Assembly: GCA_963770835.1 (NCBI GenBank) | Contig: CAVYRH010000004.1 | Span: 320,001 to 384,000 of the forward strand | DNA: 64,000 nt | Origin: an uncultured Pseudomonadota bacterium | GTDB taxonomy: Bacteria > Oederibacteriota > Muellerivitia > Muellerivitales > Muellerivitaceae | Reading direction: 5' to 3' | Shown here: positions 39,113 to 50,153 of the stretch, in pieces | How positions within the stretch are numbered: position 1 is the stretch's first letter | How the letters are laid out: the number at the start of each line of letters is the position of its first letter | The notes under the pieces: model-generated | What the model saw: the letters and a program-made list of their open reading frames with translations, nothing else | Databases searched by the model: none | What the model was told of the DNA's origin: nothing | Made by a program: the position numbers and the translations under genes

Positions 39113-39889
39113 CTATTTTGTGACGTAGATTTGATTCAGATTGTAAAACTCACAAAGGCCCGCGCCTCCCGTGATATTGGTGGTGTAGTTTGCCCGTTCC
39201 AGGGCGAAAAGGTAACTACCTGACGTAGGATAGGCGGAATTGGGCACGAGAAAAGGCGAAGAAATTTGGCCACAGTTACCGGATAAATAGGTCAGGCTAA
39301 AAGAGCTGTTGTACACCTGGACCGAAGTGTTCATGGTGGGCCCTGTGAAAGTGGCGGCCGATCCGTCGGCAGCGAGGCTGCCGAGGTCCGGCATGGTCAA
39401 GCTGGCGTAAGCGGTTCCGGCGGAAGTCGTTGAGGTCAGGGTATAGGTGACCCCCGATGCCAGAACACCGGGCAATTGGTTTGACAGGTAATCAGAGTAA
39501 ACCGCCCCACTCTGGGTAACGGGTCCGTTATAGACAAGGGGAAGGGGCGACATGCCGTTTCCCGTGAGGGTTATACCCGCATTGGTAACTGCAACGCCGT
39601 TTACCGCCAAGTAAAGTTCCCCATAGAAATAAGGAGCACCACCGTAGTTCGATCCCTCGGCCACTCCGCCGACGGACCAGCAAATACCTGTCGTGCAAGG
39701 AACGGAATTGTAAAACGGACTGCAAGTGGGAGTGGAGGTAGGGGTACTACCCGAACCGGAGCCGGACGCAGTCAAAGGCGCCACCGAATAGGTCTTTTGG
39801 CAGGCTTGGGGAATGGCCAAGAGAAGGCTAACGGTCAGGAGAAGAAATAAACCCAGTGTTTTGCGCAAGGGCGACCTCGATAGAAACAC
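39113..39889 (-). CDS. lipoprotein, hypothetical
   Basis: Lipobox IPQA-C then QKTYSVAP; shares SVN/AVN...Y.L....S.GTA.AS...P..AYP blocks with 36595; minus-strand TGGTATAAT upstream at 39918-39926. Confidence 0.75.
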   Translation of the reverse strand: MFLSRSPLRKTLGLFLLLTVSLLLAIPQACQKTYSVAPLTASGSGSGSTPTSTPTCSPFYNSVPCTTGICWSVGGVAEGSNYGGAPYFYGELYLAVNGVAVTNAGITLTGNGMSPLPLVYNGPVTQSGAVYSDYLSNQLPGVLASGVTYTLTSTTSAGTAYASLTMPDLGSLAADGSAATFTGPTMNTSVQVYNSSFSLTYLSGNCGQISSPFLVPNSAYPTSGSYLFALERANYTTNITGGAGLCEFYNLNQIYVTK

Positions 39890-40055
39890 TTTAAATACCG
39901 GTTTAATGAACCCCTGAATTATACCAGCCTACTACTTCTATCCGGGTCCATGAAAATCAATTGAACCCGCATGGATTAAGCTGGTTTTGAAGGGAAGATT
40001 TCATTTCCCTGTAATGAAATAGATGAAGTAACGGGTGAAAAGGGGGACGGGAAGT

Positions 40056-40847
40056 TTAAACGCCCACCGCCGCTTTCTTTTCCGTCAGGACGGACTCGAT
40101 GGCTTCCACGACCTGGGAAGCCGTGGCGGGTTTTGAGAGAAAATGAAGGTAGGGGTCGCTCCGAAAGGCCTCCCGCAGATCCCTCCGGGCGAAAGGAATC
40201 AACGCCAAGACCGGTTTGTACCTCATCATGGGGTATTTTTCCCGCATGACGTTCACGAAAACGGGGCCATCCATCCCCGGTATTTCCAAGTCCAGGACCA
40301 CCAGGTCCACGGTTTTGCGGGCCGTTTCCAACAACGCTTCCATCGCGTTGACCGCCTCCGAAACCGCCCAATCCGGATTTTTCTCCCCGATGGCCCGCTT
40401 GATGAAATGCCGCAGGGTGGGCGAATCTTCCACCAACAAAACGCGCCTTCCGAAGAAAGTGGCCTTCATGGAGGCCATGGACTCGGACACGGGATTCCGC
40501 ATCCTCGTCAAAAGCTCGATGAGGTCGGACCGTTTTTTTTTGGAAATGACCGCTTTGAGCCCCGAGTGGCCGGGGGCGTGGGGCAGGGTGTAAGGCTCCC
40601 GGTCGGTAAAAAGGATGACGGGCCTTTCAGCGGGGTTCAGGGTCTGCACCGGCATTTCGAGGCCCCAGCCCGGCAACAACCATTCGGTGACGGCGATGTC
40701 CACTTTCTCATGCCGCAGCACAGTTTGAACCTGGACGAGGCTTTCCGCCTCCAGGACCTTGAACCCAAGGCCCTCCAGGCGGATGGCCAGCAAGCGGCGG
40801 GCATCACGGGCTTCGTCTACGAGAAGTATGGTTTTGAGGATTTCCAT
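40056..40847 (-). CDS. tandem receiver-domain protein
   Basis: REC1 LLVDE...IAVTEW (phospho-Asp replaced by Glu); REC2 LLVEDS...VVLDLEIP...SKP. Confidence 0.82.
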   Translation of the reverse strand: MEILKTILLVDEARDARRLLAIRLEGLGFKVLEAESLVQVQTVLRHEKVDIAVTEWLLPGWGLEMPVQTLNPAERPVILFTDREPYTLPHAPGHSGLKAVISKKKRSDLIELLTRMRNPVSESMASMKATFFGRRVLLVEDSPTLRHFIKRAIGEKNPDWAVSEAVNAMEALLETARKTVDLVVLDLEIPGMDGPVFVNVMREKYPMMRYKPVLALIPFARRDLREAFRSDPYLHFLSKPATASQVVEAIESVLTEKKAAVGV

Positions 40848-41023
40848 GGGCGCCTTCCGAAAGGGAAATCAAACCCCTACTTGAAAGGTACATCCGGATT
40901 TTTTGCGAAGCAATCTTGAAAGCGGTGTTGAAAGCGGATTTCTTCAAACCGTGAAATTTCTACCCAGAAAATCAGCCGGCTTTTAGGCAAAAGAAAGGAG
41001 AATGACTGATAAGCGGCAGTGCT

Positions 41024-41797
41024 TTAATTTCCCGAAGGAGAACCCGGAGAAGGACCGGACGAAGTGCCGCTTTGGCCGGAAGAGGGATTGCCGCCCTGGG
41101 GAGAACCTTGGGAAGGCTGGCCGCCGTTGTGTCCCCCGTGGCCGCCCTGATGGCCTCCGTGCCCCCCATGAGAATCCCCTTGATAGCGCCCGGGGGCGCT
41201 GACGATGCTGCCGCTTCCATCCTGGCCCATGTCCTGGAGCACATTTCCTTGGGCGTCGCAGGCGTAGTATTCACCATCGACACAGGCCTGGATCAAATTT
41301 TTCTTCTGCCCGTCAGCCCGCCACCAAGAGCCCTGGTAATAGTAAAGCCAAAGCCCGGCAAAAGAGTCCTTCCACCAATAGCGGTGGCCCCGCCAGAGAA
41401 TCCAGTTGAAATTCTCCGTCCCGCCGCCCCAGCCGTACCAGTGGTTCCCCTCCGGATCCTTGAAATGGCAATAGTCGAGGCCTCCGCGATTGTGCCAATA
41501 GAAACGTCCGATCGAGGTCTCGGAAAGCTTAGCCCGTTGGACTTCCTCGAAAATGCCGGGGCTGGAAAAATGGTCCATCACAACCGGATCGGGTGGTTTG
41601 ATATTGATATCGAGGTCCAGGGTCTTTCCGTCAGACCCCTGGATGGGGCCGTCCGGGCAGGTCAAATCCCCCAGGGGAATCTTATCTTGGACGCGAAGGA
41701 AATAGGGCTGGTGGAGTTTGCGGGGCACAGGCGAGGTGTCCGCCCAAGAAACGCAGGCTGTGCCCAAAACAAGGCCGAGAATCCATAACTTTTTCAT
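41024..41797 (-). CDS. secreted Trp/Tyr-rich hypothetical protein with Gly/His-rich tail
   Basis: Signal peptide ending SWA; aromatic-rich beta-hairpin region. Confidence 0.7.
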   Translation of the reverse strand: MKKLWILGLVLGTACVSWADTSPVPRKLHQPYFLRVQDKIPLGDLTCPDGPIQGSDGKTLDLDINIKPPDPVVMDHFSSPGIFEEVQRAKLSETSIGRFYWHNRGGLDYCHFKDPEGNHWYGWGGGTENFNWILWRGHRYWWKDSFAGLWLYYYQGSWWRADGQKKNLIQACVDGEYYACDAQGNVLQDMGQDGSGSIVSAPGRYQGDSHGGHGGHQGGHGGHNGGQPSQGSPQGGNPSSGQSGTSSGPSPGSPSGN

Positions 41798-41892
41798 AAG
41801 AAGAACCTTCATAAACCCATTTTAACAGGTGTTTTCAAAACCCATTAGATTTTAGACGCGCGGTCCCTAAAGTTCACCCTCGGATTTGGTTT

Positions 41893-43818
41893 TCAAATCC
41901 CCGACAGTTTTCGTTGGGCAGGGGAATACCTGGGATTCAATTCCAAAGCCCTTTGATAACAAAGCCGGGCCAGGTCCATGCGGCCCAACCTCTCGTAAGT
42001 CGCGCCCAGATTGAAGCAGACTTCAAAATAACGGCCCCCGGTGCGGCGGAGCATTTCCAAAAAAAAGGACCGGGCCACGTCAAAACGCCCATTCTCGTAA
42101 GCGAAGGCGCCCAGCCGGAAAAGGGGCATGGGGTAATCCTGCGGGATGACAAAGCCCGAAAGCCAGTCTGAAACGGGAGTGAGGGGTTTCGCGGCAAGGT
42201 CCGTGAGGATGTAATCGGGCGGAGGGGTTTGTAATCCCCATTGGCCCAGGAGACTCTCCCAAGACGTCGGCCCCAGATCGGGGCGGTAATCCGCCCGGGT
42301 ATAAAGCGCGTCCTCGGCGTCGAAGTAAAGAAGCCGCCATTGGGGCATGGCCCGCAATTGGGTGGTCCAAGGCGTATCCATCATGTGGTTGGCGAGGACC
42401 AGTTGAACCCCGTCGGCTGAAAGAAGACCCCCGAGTTCTCCCGGATAAAAACTGTCGCGGTATTGCGCAAAAAGGGGCTCGCCCATGGTTTCCAGCCGCC
42501 CGTCGATGAAAACCGGCGCGGGCCTCTTCCAGACGAGCCATCCCCCGTAGCTCAGGTCGTTGAGAACCCGGCCATCCAAATGGTTTTGGACCATGTATTC
42601 GGCGGCCTTGACGGGAAACCGTTCCGGGTCCATACCCAGCCCGGCATGGAGCATCCGACGGTCGGAAATGTAATAGGCCCGGGTCAAAACCCTCGCCCCC
42701 GTCAACAGGATGAAAAGCGCCAGGAGGAAAGCCAAAGCCTTGTTCGATTCCAGACGCTCGCTCCCGGCGCGGGACCAGGGCCGGCTCGAAACCCATTCGG
42801 TGAGCGAGGCCGCCGCCACGGGCAGCGTGACCCAGAAGAAAAGCGGAATATTCCGGATGGCCGCCAGGGACAAGCCGAAAAAAGCCCCCACCAGCAGAAG
42901 CTCATGGATTTTCCTCCGGCGGAAAGAAAGCCAAACCACCCCCAAAAGGACTAGGCTGATTATCCGGTAAGTGTCGATGGGAAGGGCCGGCAAGAATGAC
43001 GCGGAAGGGTCCTGCAGAATGGACCAAGGCGGTTGCAATTCGGAGATGTATTGCTTGAAGACATTGGAGCTTGTGATCGTGGCAAAAAGCCGGAAAGGGA
43101 AGACGACCCCTTTCCAAAAATAAGGGTTCAGGAAACCCGCCGCGCAGGCCAAGAGGCTATACCACAGCAGGGTCCGGTCCAAGCGCCGCTCGTGGAACCA
43201 TCCGCTGAAAAGATAGGCGCCCATGACAATCCAGCCCAATATAAAAAGGCCCTCGATATTGACCCAAAGAAGCTGGAGCAGGGGAAGCAGGTAAAGAAAA
43301 TTCCGGTTATGGTTCCAGCGAAGGTCGAGGACAAGGAGGGTGAGCCCGAGTAGCACCCAGGAAACAATTTCCGGCCGGTCCAAGAAGCGGATTTCCACGG
43401 CGATGACGGCGGGTAAAAGCAAAAGGACGCAAATCCAAAGGGGTGCTTGGGCCAACCGCATCCGAAAGAAAGTAAGGCCAAAGGTTACCAGGATGAGCAG
43501 AAGATGGACCAGGCCGATGGCCTGGTAACTCCCAGCCCGGTAAAGCAGGTAACAGGCGACCTGGTAAAGCCAATGGGGGTCCTGGTAGTCGTTTTGGCTG
43601 GCGGTAAAAGTAAAATTATCCTTTTGGGGAAAAGCATGGTTTTGGAGGATCCATTGGCCCGCCCTTAGGTGAAAGCCCATGTCGTAATCGATGTTTTGCC
43701 GGAAAGCGAAGAGGAACACGAGGATGAAACAAGCGGCGATGGGACATATCCAAGGATTAGATAAAATTTTAAATTTGGAATTCTGAATTTTAAATTGGGA
43801 GAAGCTTGTCGCTGTCAT
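41893..43818 (-). CDS. polytopic membrane protein with C-terminal TPR, GT-C glycosyltransferase-like
   Basis: About 11 TM segments; DYDMGFHLRAGQWI, VLNDLSYGGWL and VFIDGR motifs; TPR FNLGATYERLGR. Confidence 0.7.
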   Translation of the reverse strand: MTATSFSQFKIQNSKFKILSNPWICPIAACFILVFLFAFRQNIDYDMGFHLRAGQWILQNHAFPQKDNFTFTASQNDYQDPHWLYQVACYLLYRAGSYQAIGLVHLLLILVTFGLTFFRMRLAQAPLWICVLLLLPAVIAVEIRFLDRPEIVSWVLLGLTLLVLDLRWNHNRNFLYLLPLLQLLWVNIEGLFILGWIVMGAYLFSGWFHERRLDRTLLWYSLLACAAGFLNPYFWKGVVFPFRLFATITSSNVFKQYISELQPPWSILQDPSASFLPALPIDTYRIISLVLLGVVWLSFRRRKIHELLLVGAFFGLSLAAIRNIPLFFWVTLPVAAASLTEWVSSRPWSRAGSERLESNKALAFLLALFILLTGARVLTRAYYISDRRMLHAGLGMDPERFPVKAAEYMVQNHLDGRVLNDLSYGGWLVWKRPAPVFIDGRLETMGEPLFAQYRDSFYPGELGGLLSADGVQLVLANHMMDTPWTTQLRAMPQWRLLYFDAEDALYTRADYRPDLGPTSWESLLGQWGLQTPPPDYILTDLAAKPLTPVSDWLSGFVIPQDYPMPLFRLGAFAYENGRFDVARSFFLEMLRRTGGRYFEVCFNLGATYERLGRMDLARLCYQRALELNPRYSPAQRKLSGI

Positions 43819-43879
43819 GAAGGAATTTTGCTGGGCAAGATTTCGCTGTGGACTGTCGACTGTGAACTGCCAACTGGTT

Positions 43880-44107
43880 TTAGGATTGGGCTTGGGCGAG
43901 GACTTCCTTGAAATCCTGGAAGACGGCGGGCTGGACCACGGGAGCCGCGTCGGAGCCTTGATAATAGGTTTCGGCTTCCCCGAAACCCTTCAGCTGATAT
44001 TCCACCGCGCCCTCCACGTTGGCGTATTCGGTCGCCTGACCTTCCGGTTTAGGGAATTCCTGGAACTCGTAAGGGAAGGCTTCCTCAGGGCTGGCAAAGG
44101 CGTTCAT
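43880..44107 (-). CDS. small acidic hypothetical protein
   Basis: 75-aa ATG ORF; TACTAT 6 nt upstream of the ATG. Confidence 0.5.
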   Translation of the reverse strand: MNAFASPEEAFPYEFQEFPKPEGQATEYANVEGAVEYQLKGFGEAETYYQGSDAAPVVQPAVFQDFKEVLAQAQS

Positions 44108-44285
44108 GGGGCTATAGTAACCTCTCCGCTGAACCTTGAAAACACTTCTTTTAACCCTTTTGTAACGGAAACAAGGGGGAGTAAAACCAAAAACCCAAAA
44201 AGACCCCGGACTTGCTTGCGGCTTTTAGGAGGCGGCAGGTAGAATTTCCCATCTTTTTATCCATATCCAACTTCGAGGGGGAGAA

Positions 44286-44840
44286 ATGAAAAAGGCCATC
44301 CTGTTTTTTTTAATTTTGAGCTTGGGAGTTTCATCCGCTTTCGCCAAAAGTCACAAGGCCGATTCCAGTGATACGGATACCGCAACGAATAGCGACCCCC
44401 TTTATTTCGGCATCGGCACGGGCGCCGATTTTCCGGGTTCCAATTGGGATTCAACTTATTACGTGGGCGGCGGGGCCAATCTCTTCGGCGGTTATGAGTT
44501 GGACAAGAACCTTGCCGTCCAGCTGGACGTGGAGGAGTGGTTCTTCACGGGCGGCGGTACCTCCCTTTACAACCTGCGGACGATGATCGAGGGCAAGTAC
44601 AGCTTCGACGGCCAGGGCTGGCAGCCTTATGTGCTCCTGGGCCCGGGCCTGGTGTTCCAGAACCTGTCCCCGGCGGGTGATTCGACTTCCAACTTCGACG
44701 CGCTTGGCGGCCTTGGGGTTCAGTTTGATTTGGCCCCCAAGACCCATCTGTTCCTGGAAGCCAAATACAACTTCATCATGAGCCAGACAACGACTTTCTC
44801 GGATATTCCCATTAGCGCCGGGTTGTGGGTGGGACTGTAA
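44286..44840 (+). CDS. small outer-membrane beta-barrel protein (OmpA-like transmembrane domain)
   Basis: Signal ending AFA; about eight strands including WQPYVLLGPG and GLGVQFDL...LFLEAKY. Confidence 0.82.
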   Translation: MKKAILFFLILSLGVSSAFAKSHKADSSDTDTATNSDPLYFGIGTGADFPGSNWDSTYYVGGGANLFGGYELDKNLAVQLDVEEWFFTGGGTSLYNLRTMIEGKYSFDGQGWQPYVLLGPGLVFQNLSPAGDSTSNFDALGGLGVQFDLAPKTHLFLEAKYNFIMSQTTTFSDIPISAGLWVGL

Positions 44841-44910
44841 AATCAGGTAACGGTTGGCAGTTCACAGTCGACAGGAACGGCGCCAGGATAAATCGATCAA
44901 GGAAGAAACC

Positions 44911-45819
44911 ATGAAAAAGGCATTGGCGGTCATCCTGCTTTCGGCGGCAGTCCTTTCGCTCCCGGCCGGTTGCGGGAAAAACCTGACTCCTGCCTCTCCC
45001 GCTCCTCCCTCTCAAGTCCTGTCCTACAGCCTGGATCACTTTTTCGGCCAGTCCGGCTCTATCACCATGGACGGGCCCATCGGGGTCGGGATCTCCGGAA
45101 ACACCCTGTGGGTCGCCAACTTTTTCGGCCAAAACCTGGAAGCCTGGACCCTCTCCGGCGTTGGTTCCCTGCAGTTCAGCTCTTTCAACAGTGGTGTAAC
45201 CTTTGATGATCCCTACGGAGTGACGGTCGGCCCAGACGGATTCATTTACGTGACCGAGGAACTTCATTACCTGGTCGATGAATTCTCCCCGGACGGGGCC
45301 TATGTGACCAATATCCCCCAGCCTGGCACCAGCACCTCGGATGGCGTGGCGGTCAACGGCTCCAACCTTTATGTGTCGGATTTTGGGGACGCCCGCGTCT
45401 ACAGGTATTCCATCAGCGGAACGGAGTATTCCAAAACCTTTTCCATGGCCGCCACCTTCGGCACCAGCGGGGCCGGGGCCTTGCTGGAGAATGTTGGAAT
45501 GTGCCTGGACGCCTCGGGCAAGCTCTACGTGGCCGATTACGGCCACGGCCGCGTGGCGGAATACGACGCCGGGGGCAACTACCTCGGCCAGATCACGGCC
45601 GGGCTTTCAGTCCCCCGGGCCGTGGTGGTGGATCCGGCAGGAAACTTGTTCGTGTCGGACAGCGGCAACTCGAACATCCAGGTTTTCAACTCGGCGGGGA
45701 GCCCTGTCACCCAGTGGTCCTCCTCCGTCCATCCCGACGGTCTGGCCATGGATAGCGCCGGCAATCTCTACGTCAGCGACGGCCTCCAGAGTGAAGTCGT
45801 TGTTTATAAGAAGAATTAA
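44911..45819 (+). CDS. NHL-repeat lipoprotein
   Basis: AAGGA RBS; lipobox LPAG-C then GKNLTP; PRAVVVDPAGNLFVSDSGN repeats. Confidence 0.83.
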   Translation: MKKALAVILLSAAVLSLPAGCGKNLTPASPAPPSQVLSYSLDHFFGQSGSITMDGPIGVGISGNTLWVANFFGQNLEAWTLSGVGSLQFSSFNSGVTFDDPYGVTVGPDGFIYVTEELHYLVDEFSPDGAYVTNIPQPGTSTSDGVAVNGSNLYVSDFGDARVYRYSISGTEYSKTFSMAATFGTSGAGALLENVGMCLDASGKLYVADYGHGRVAEYDAGGNYLGQITAGLSVPRAVVVDPAGNLFVSDSGNSNIQVFNSAGSPVTQWSSSVHPDGLAMDSAGNLYVSDGLQSEVVVYKKN

Positions 45820-45883
45820 GGCCTTCGCCCGTACCGAACACCATTATTACAACCAAACGAATTTTTAGGACCGTGGGAAATCC

Positions 45884-46714
45884 ATGAAAAAGGCATTGGC
45901 GGTCATCCTGCTTTCGGTGGTGGCCCTATTGCCGCTGGCCTGCGGGAAAAACCTTTCGCCAACGACAACACAAACCATCGTGGTGGTTATTCCCACCAGC
46001 ACTCCATCCCTTCCCGGCCTGGATATTGCGGGCCCGACGACGATTACCACCGGCCTCTACAATTACAGCTACGTCCATGTCCACCCCGGTGGGGTGCTCC
46101 AACTGGAAGGCCCGGCAGGCGGTGAAAACGCGTCGGTGGTCTTGAACCATTCCGGATATTTTGCCGTGGATTCGGGGGCAACCGTTATCGGAGACGGGGT
46201 GGGCTATCCATCCTGCCAGGGGCCGGGGGCTCCGGTGAGTTGCGCGGTATCCCACGCGGGCGGGGGTCACGGCGGGACCAGTGGAACAGATGCCGGAAAC
46301 GATACCCGCGGGGCCGTCAATGACAACCCGCTTTCCCCGTCGTTGATGGGAAGCGGTGGCGGTGATAACGGGCCAGGTTACGGCGGAGCCTTTTTCGAGG
46401 TGTATGCGCCCAATGGGGCCGCCACCCTGAACGGTTTTATCAGCGTGAACGGCGCACAAGGATCCGCGGGCGGGTCGGGTGGCGGAGCGGGTGGAGCCCT
46501 TTTCATCCAGGCGGATGACATCGCCGGTACCGGCACTTGTGAAGCCAACGGGGGCAATAATCAAGAAGCCAACGGGGCCGGAGGAGGAGGCATCGTCCTT
46601 TTCAAGGTCCACAACGGATACTTCTTCACGGGGCCGGTTTCGGTTTCAGGCGGCTACAGCGGCTTTTCACAGGGCCTCGGTGAGGCGGGAGCCTTCAACG
46701 TCGTTAATTTTTAA
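45884..46714 (+). CDS. Gly-rich lipoprotein
   Basis: Lipobox LPLA-C then GKNLSP; AGGGHGG, GSGGG, GGSGGGAGG and ANGG motifs. Confidence 0.78.
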   Translation: MKKALAVILLSVVALLPLACGKNLSPTTTQTIVVVIPTSTPSLPGLDIAGPTTITTGLYNYSYVHVHPGGVLQLEGPAGGENASVVLNHSGYFAVDSGATVIGDGVGYPSCQGPGAPVSCAVSHAGGGHGGTSGTDAGNDTRGAVNDNPLSPSLMGSGGGDNGPGYGGAFFEVYAPNGAATLNGFISVNGAQGSAGGSGGGAGGALFIQADDIAGTGTCEANGGNNQEANGAGGGGIVLFKVHNGYFFTGPVSVSGGYSGFSQGLGEAGAFNVVNF

Positions 46715-46798
46715 AGGGATGCTCGAAAAAAGTAGGGACCGCTGATCCCGGACGGCGCTCCCGTAATGCCTTCCCCCAAAATGTTTCCCGCCTCAAGG

Positions 46799-46820
46799 CG
46801 GCCCGAAGGCCGACTTTTTT
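46799..46820 (+). terminator. probable rho-independent terminator
   Basis: CGGCC-CGAA-GGCCG followed by ACTTTTTT, between convergent genes. Confidence 0.55.
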
Positions 46821-46853
46821 ATTGCCCGGCGGGCGCCAGCCCTGCGACCTTCC

Positions 46854-48313
46854 TTACTTCAAATCCTTCGAGCGGTCGGAATGGATCTTGAACGCGTCCA
46901 TGACCTCCTCGGTGGCCTGGTCCGCCTTCGAGGCGTCCAGGATGATCGTGGAACCCGACCAGTCGAAATCGTCGACCTCAATCACGTGGTAAGCCCCCAC
47001 CGGATTTTTGAAAGCCTCCACCAAGTCCCGCATGTCCGAAATGGGGCGCCCGTTGACCTTGGTGACGATGCAATTGGCCATATATTCATAGCCCTTGTTG
47101 ATTTCATGGGGGAGGACATGGCTCATCAGGACCACCTGCTCGCGGTCCGGTGAGGGCAGCCCATGGAAGAAAAGGTCCTGTAACTCGGGCTTGAAGGCGT
47201 CCCAACCGGCCGTGGAATAATAGTTGACCGTGAGGGGGACGAAAACGAACCCCGCCATGAGGAAATAGGTTGGTTGCCGCTTGTCCATCCGGTAATCCAG
47301 GAGGCGGGAAACGGGCTTCAAGGGCATCTTCACCTTCAAAGCCTCGCCGCCCCGCAGGATGTCCAGGTCCATGGATTGGCCGATGGAATAAAAGGTGGCC
47401 AGGTAGACCTCGGGCACCCGCCCCACCTTGTCCAGGTTGATGTAGCCCTTGTCGTCCACCGGATGCCCGTCGATGGCGGTCAGCACGTCCCCCACCTTCA
47501 AAACGCCGTCCGCCGAGCCCCCGTAAAAAATCGTGCTGATGATTTCCCCGGTTTGCTTGCGGGAAATCTTGTAATAGTCCCTCATGGAAGGGTTGTCCAG
47601 GTCCTGGGTGTAAAAGCCCAAATCGGGGAAGCCGCCGTAGGTTCCGCCGCCCTGGAGTTCCCCCAGGAACTTCTGCACCACGTTCACCGGGATGAGGGAG
47701 CCGGACTTATCGGGCTTGCCGCCCGAATCAAAGGGGATGCCGACGAATTTGCCTTCCTTAAAAACCGGGCATCCGTTGCTGGCGCCGTCGACCGTGGAAT
47801 TGGTCAAAAGGGCGGGCACCAGGCGGCCGCCCTCGCTGCCCCAAACCATGTCCATGCCCGAGAGGGTGTCTTCCTTGGTCGAGAGTTCGCTCCCGCCCTG
47901 AATTACCAGCTTGTCGCCCCTTTGGGGAAGGCCTCCGAACTCCACGGGCTGGGTGTCCTCGAAAAAGTCCGGGTCGTCCACGCTCAAGACGGCCAGGTCC
48001 AGGTCGTAACCCACTTGTTCCACCTTGGCCACGTAGCGGCGGGTTTGCTCGAATTTCTGCACTTCAATGTAGTTGGACCGGTTGACCAGGTGGGCGGTGG
48101 TGAGGATGCGGTGCCCCGGCAGGATAGTGCCGCAGCCCTGCAGCTGGGTTTCGGCGCCCGGCTTCCAGGGCTCGTAATAATCGGGGGTTTGCGTGGTGCT
48201 GTAGACGGTGACCACGCATTTCCTCAAGGATTCGTCGCGGCCAAAGGCCTGGGAGCAAAGGGCCCAAGCCGCCAATCCGCAGGCCCCCAGGACCGCTTTA
48301 TAAGAAGGCGCCC

Positions 48314-48317
<4 letters not shown>
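46854..48317 (-). CDS. Deg/HtrA-type trypsin+PDZ paralog lacking the catalytic Ser
   Basis: Collinear with 48314..49843; His (LTTAHLV) and Asp (DLAVL) kept; GNSGG replaced by ASNGC. Confidence 0.82.
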
Positions 48318-49843
<1,526 letters not shown>

Positions 49844-50020
49844 GGAATGGTTGCTTTCAATAATAAGGTTGGGAGTTCGCCAGCGAATGGGCCCCACGCT
49901 ATCCATCCCGCCGGGGTTTTTCAAGCCTAAACCAAGCCGGGTGGCGAGCCAGTTTGAATAAGGTAGCCATACCGTTAAGACAAGTAGTTACTTAAAGCCA
50001 TTAGGCAAAGGCGTTGAAAC

Positions 50021-50090
50021 CGCCGAAGGACGCCGAAACACGCCGATAAAATCTGGTTTTTCTGCGTCGGTCGGCGTCAATCGGCGGCTC
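50021..50090. repeat. inverted decamer tandem repeats
   Basis: CGCCGAAGGA CGCCGAAACA CGCCGATAAA followed by TCTGCGTCGG TCGGCGTCAA TCGGCGGCTC. Confidence 0.75.
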
Positions 50091-50153
50091 CAAATCTTAT
50101 TGGCCTAGCCGTCCCCGCCTGTTATTTGTTTCCCAAGGGATATTCGCCATTTT

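Larger units (their letters stand above)
43853..44874. repeat. 22-bp perfect inverted repeat pair (heptamer type) flanking about 1 kb
   Basis: CTGTCGACTGTGAACTGCCAAC at 43853-43874 and GTTGGCAGTTCACAGTCGACAG at 44853-44874. Confidence 0.85.
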
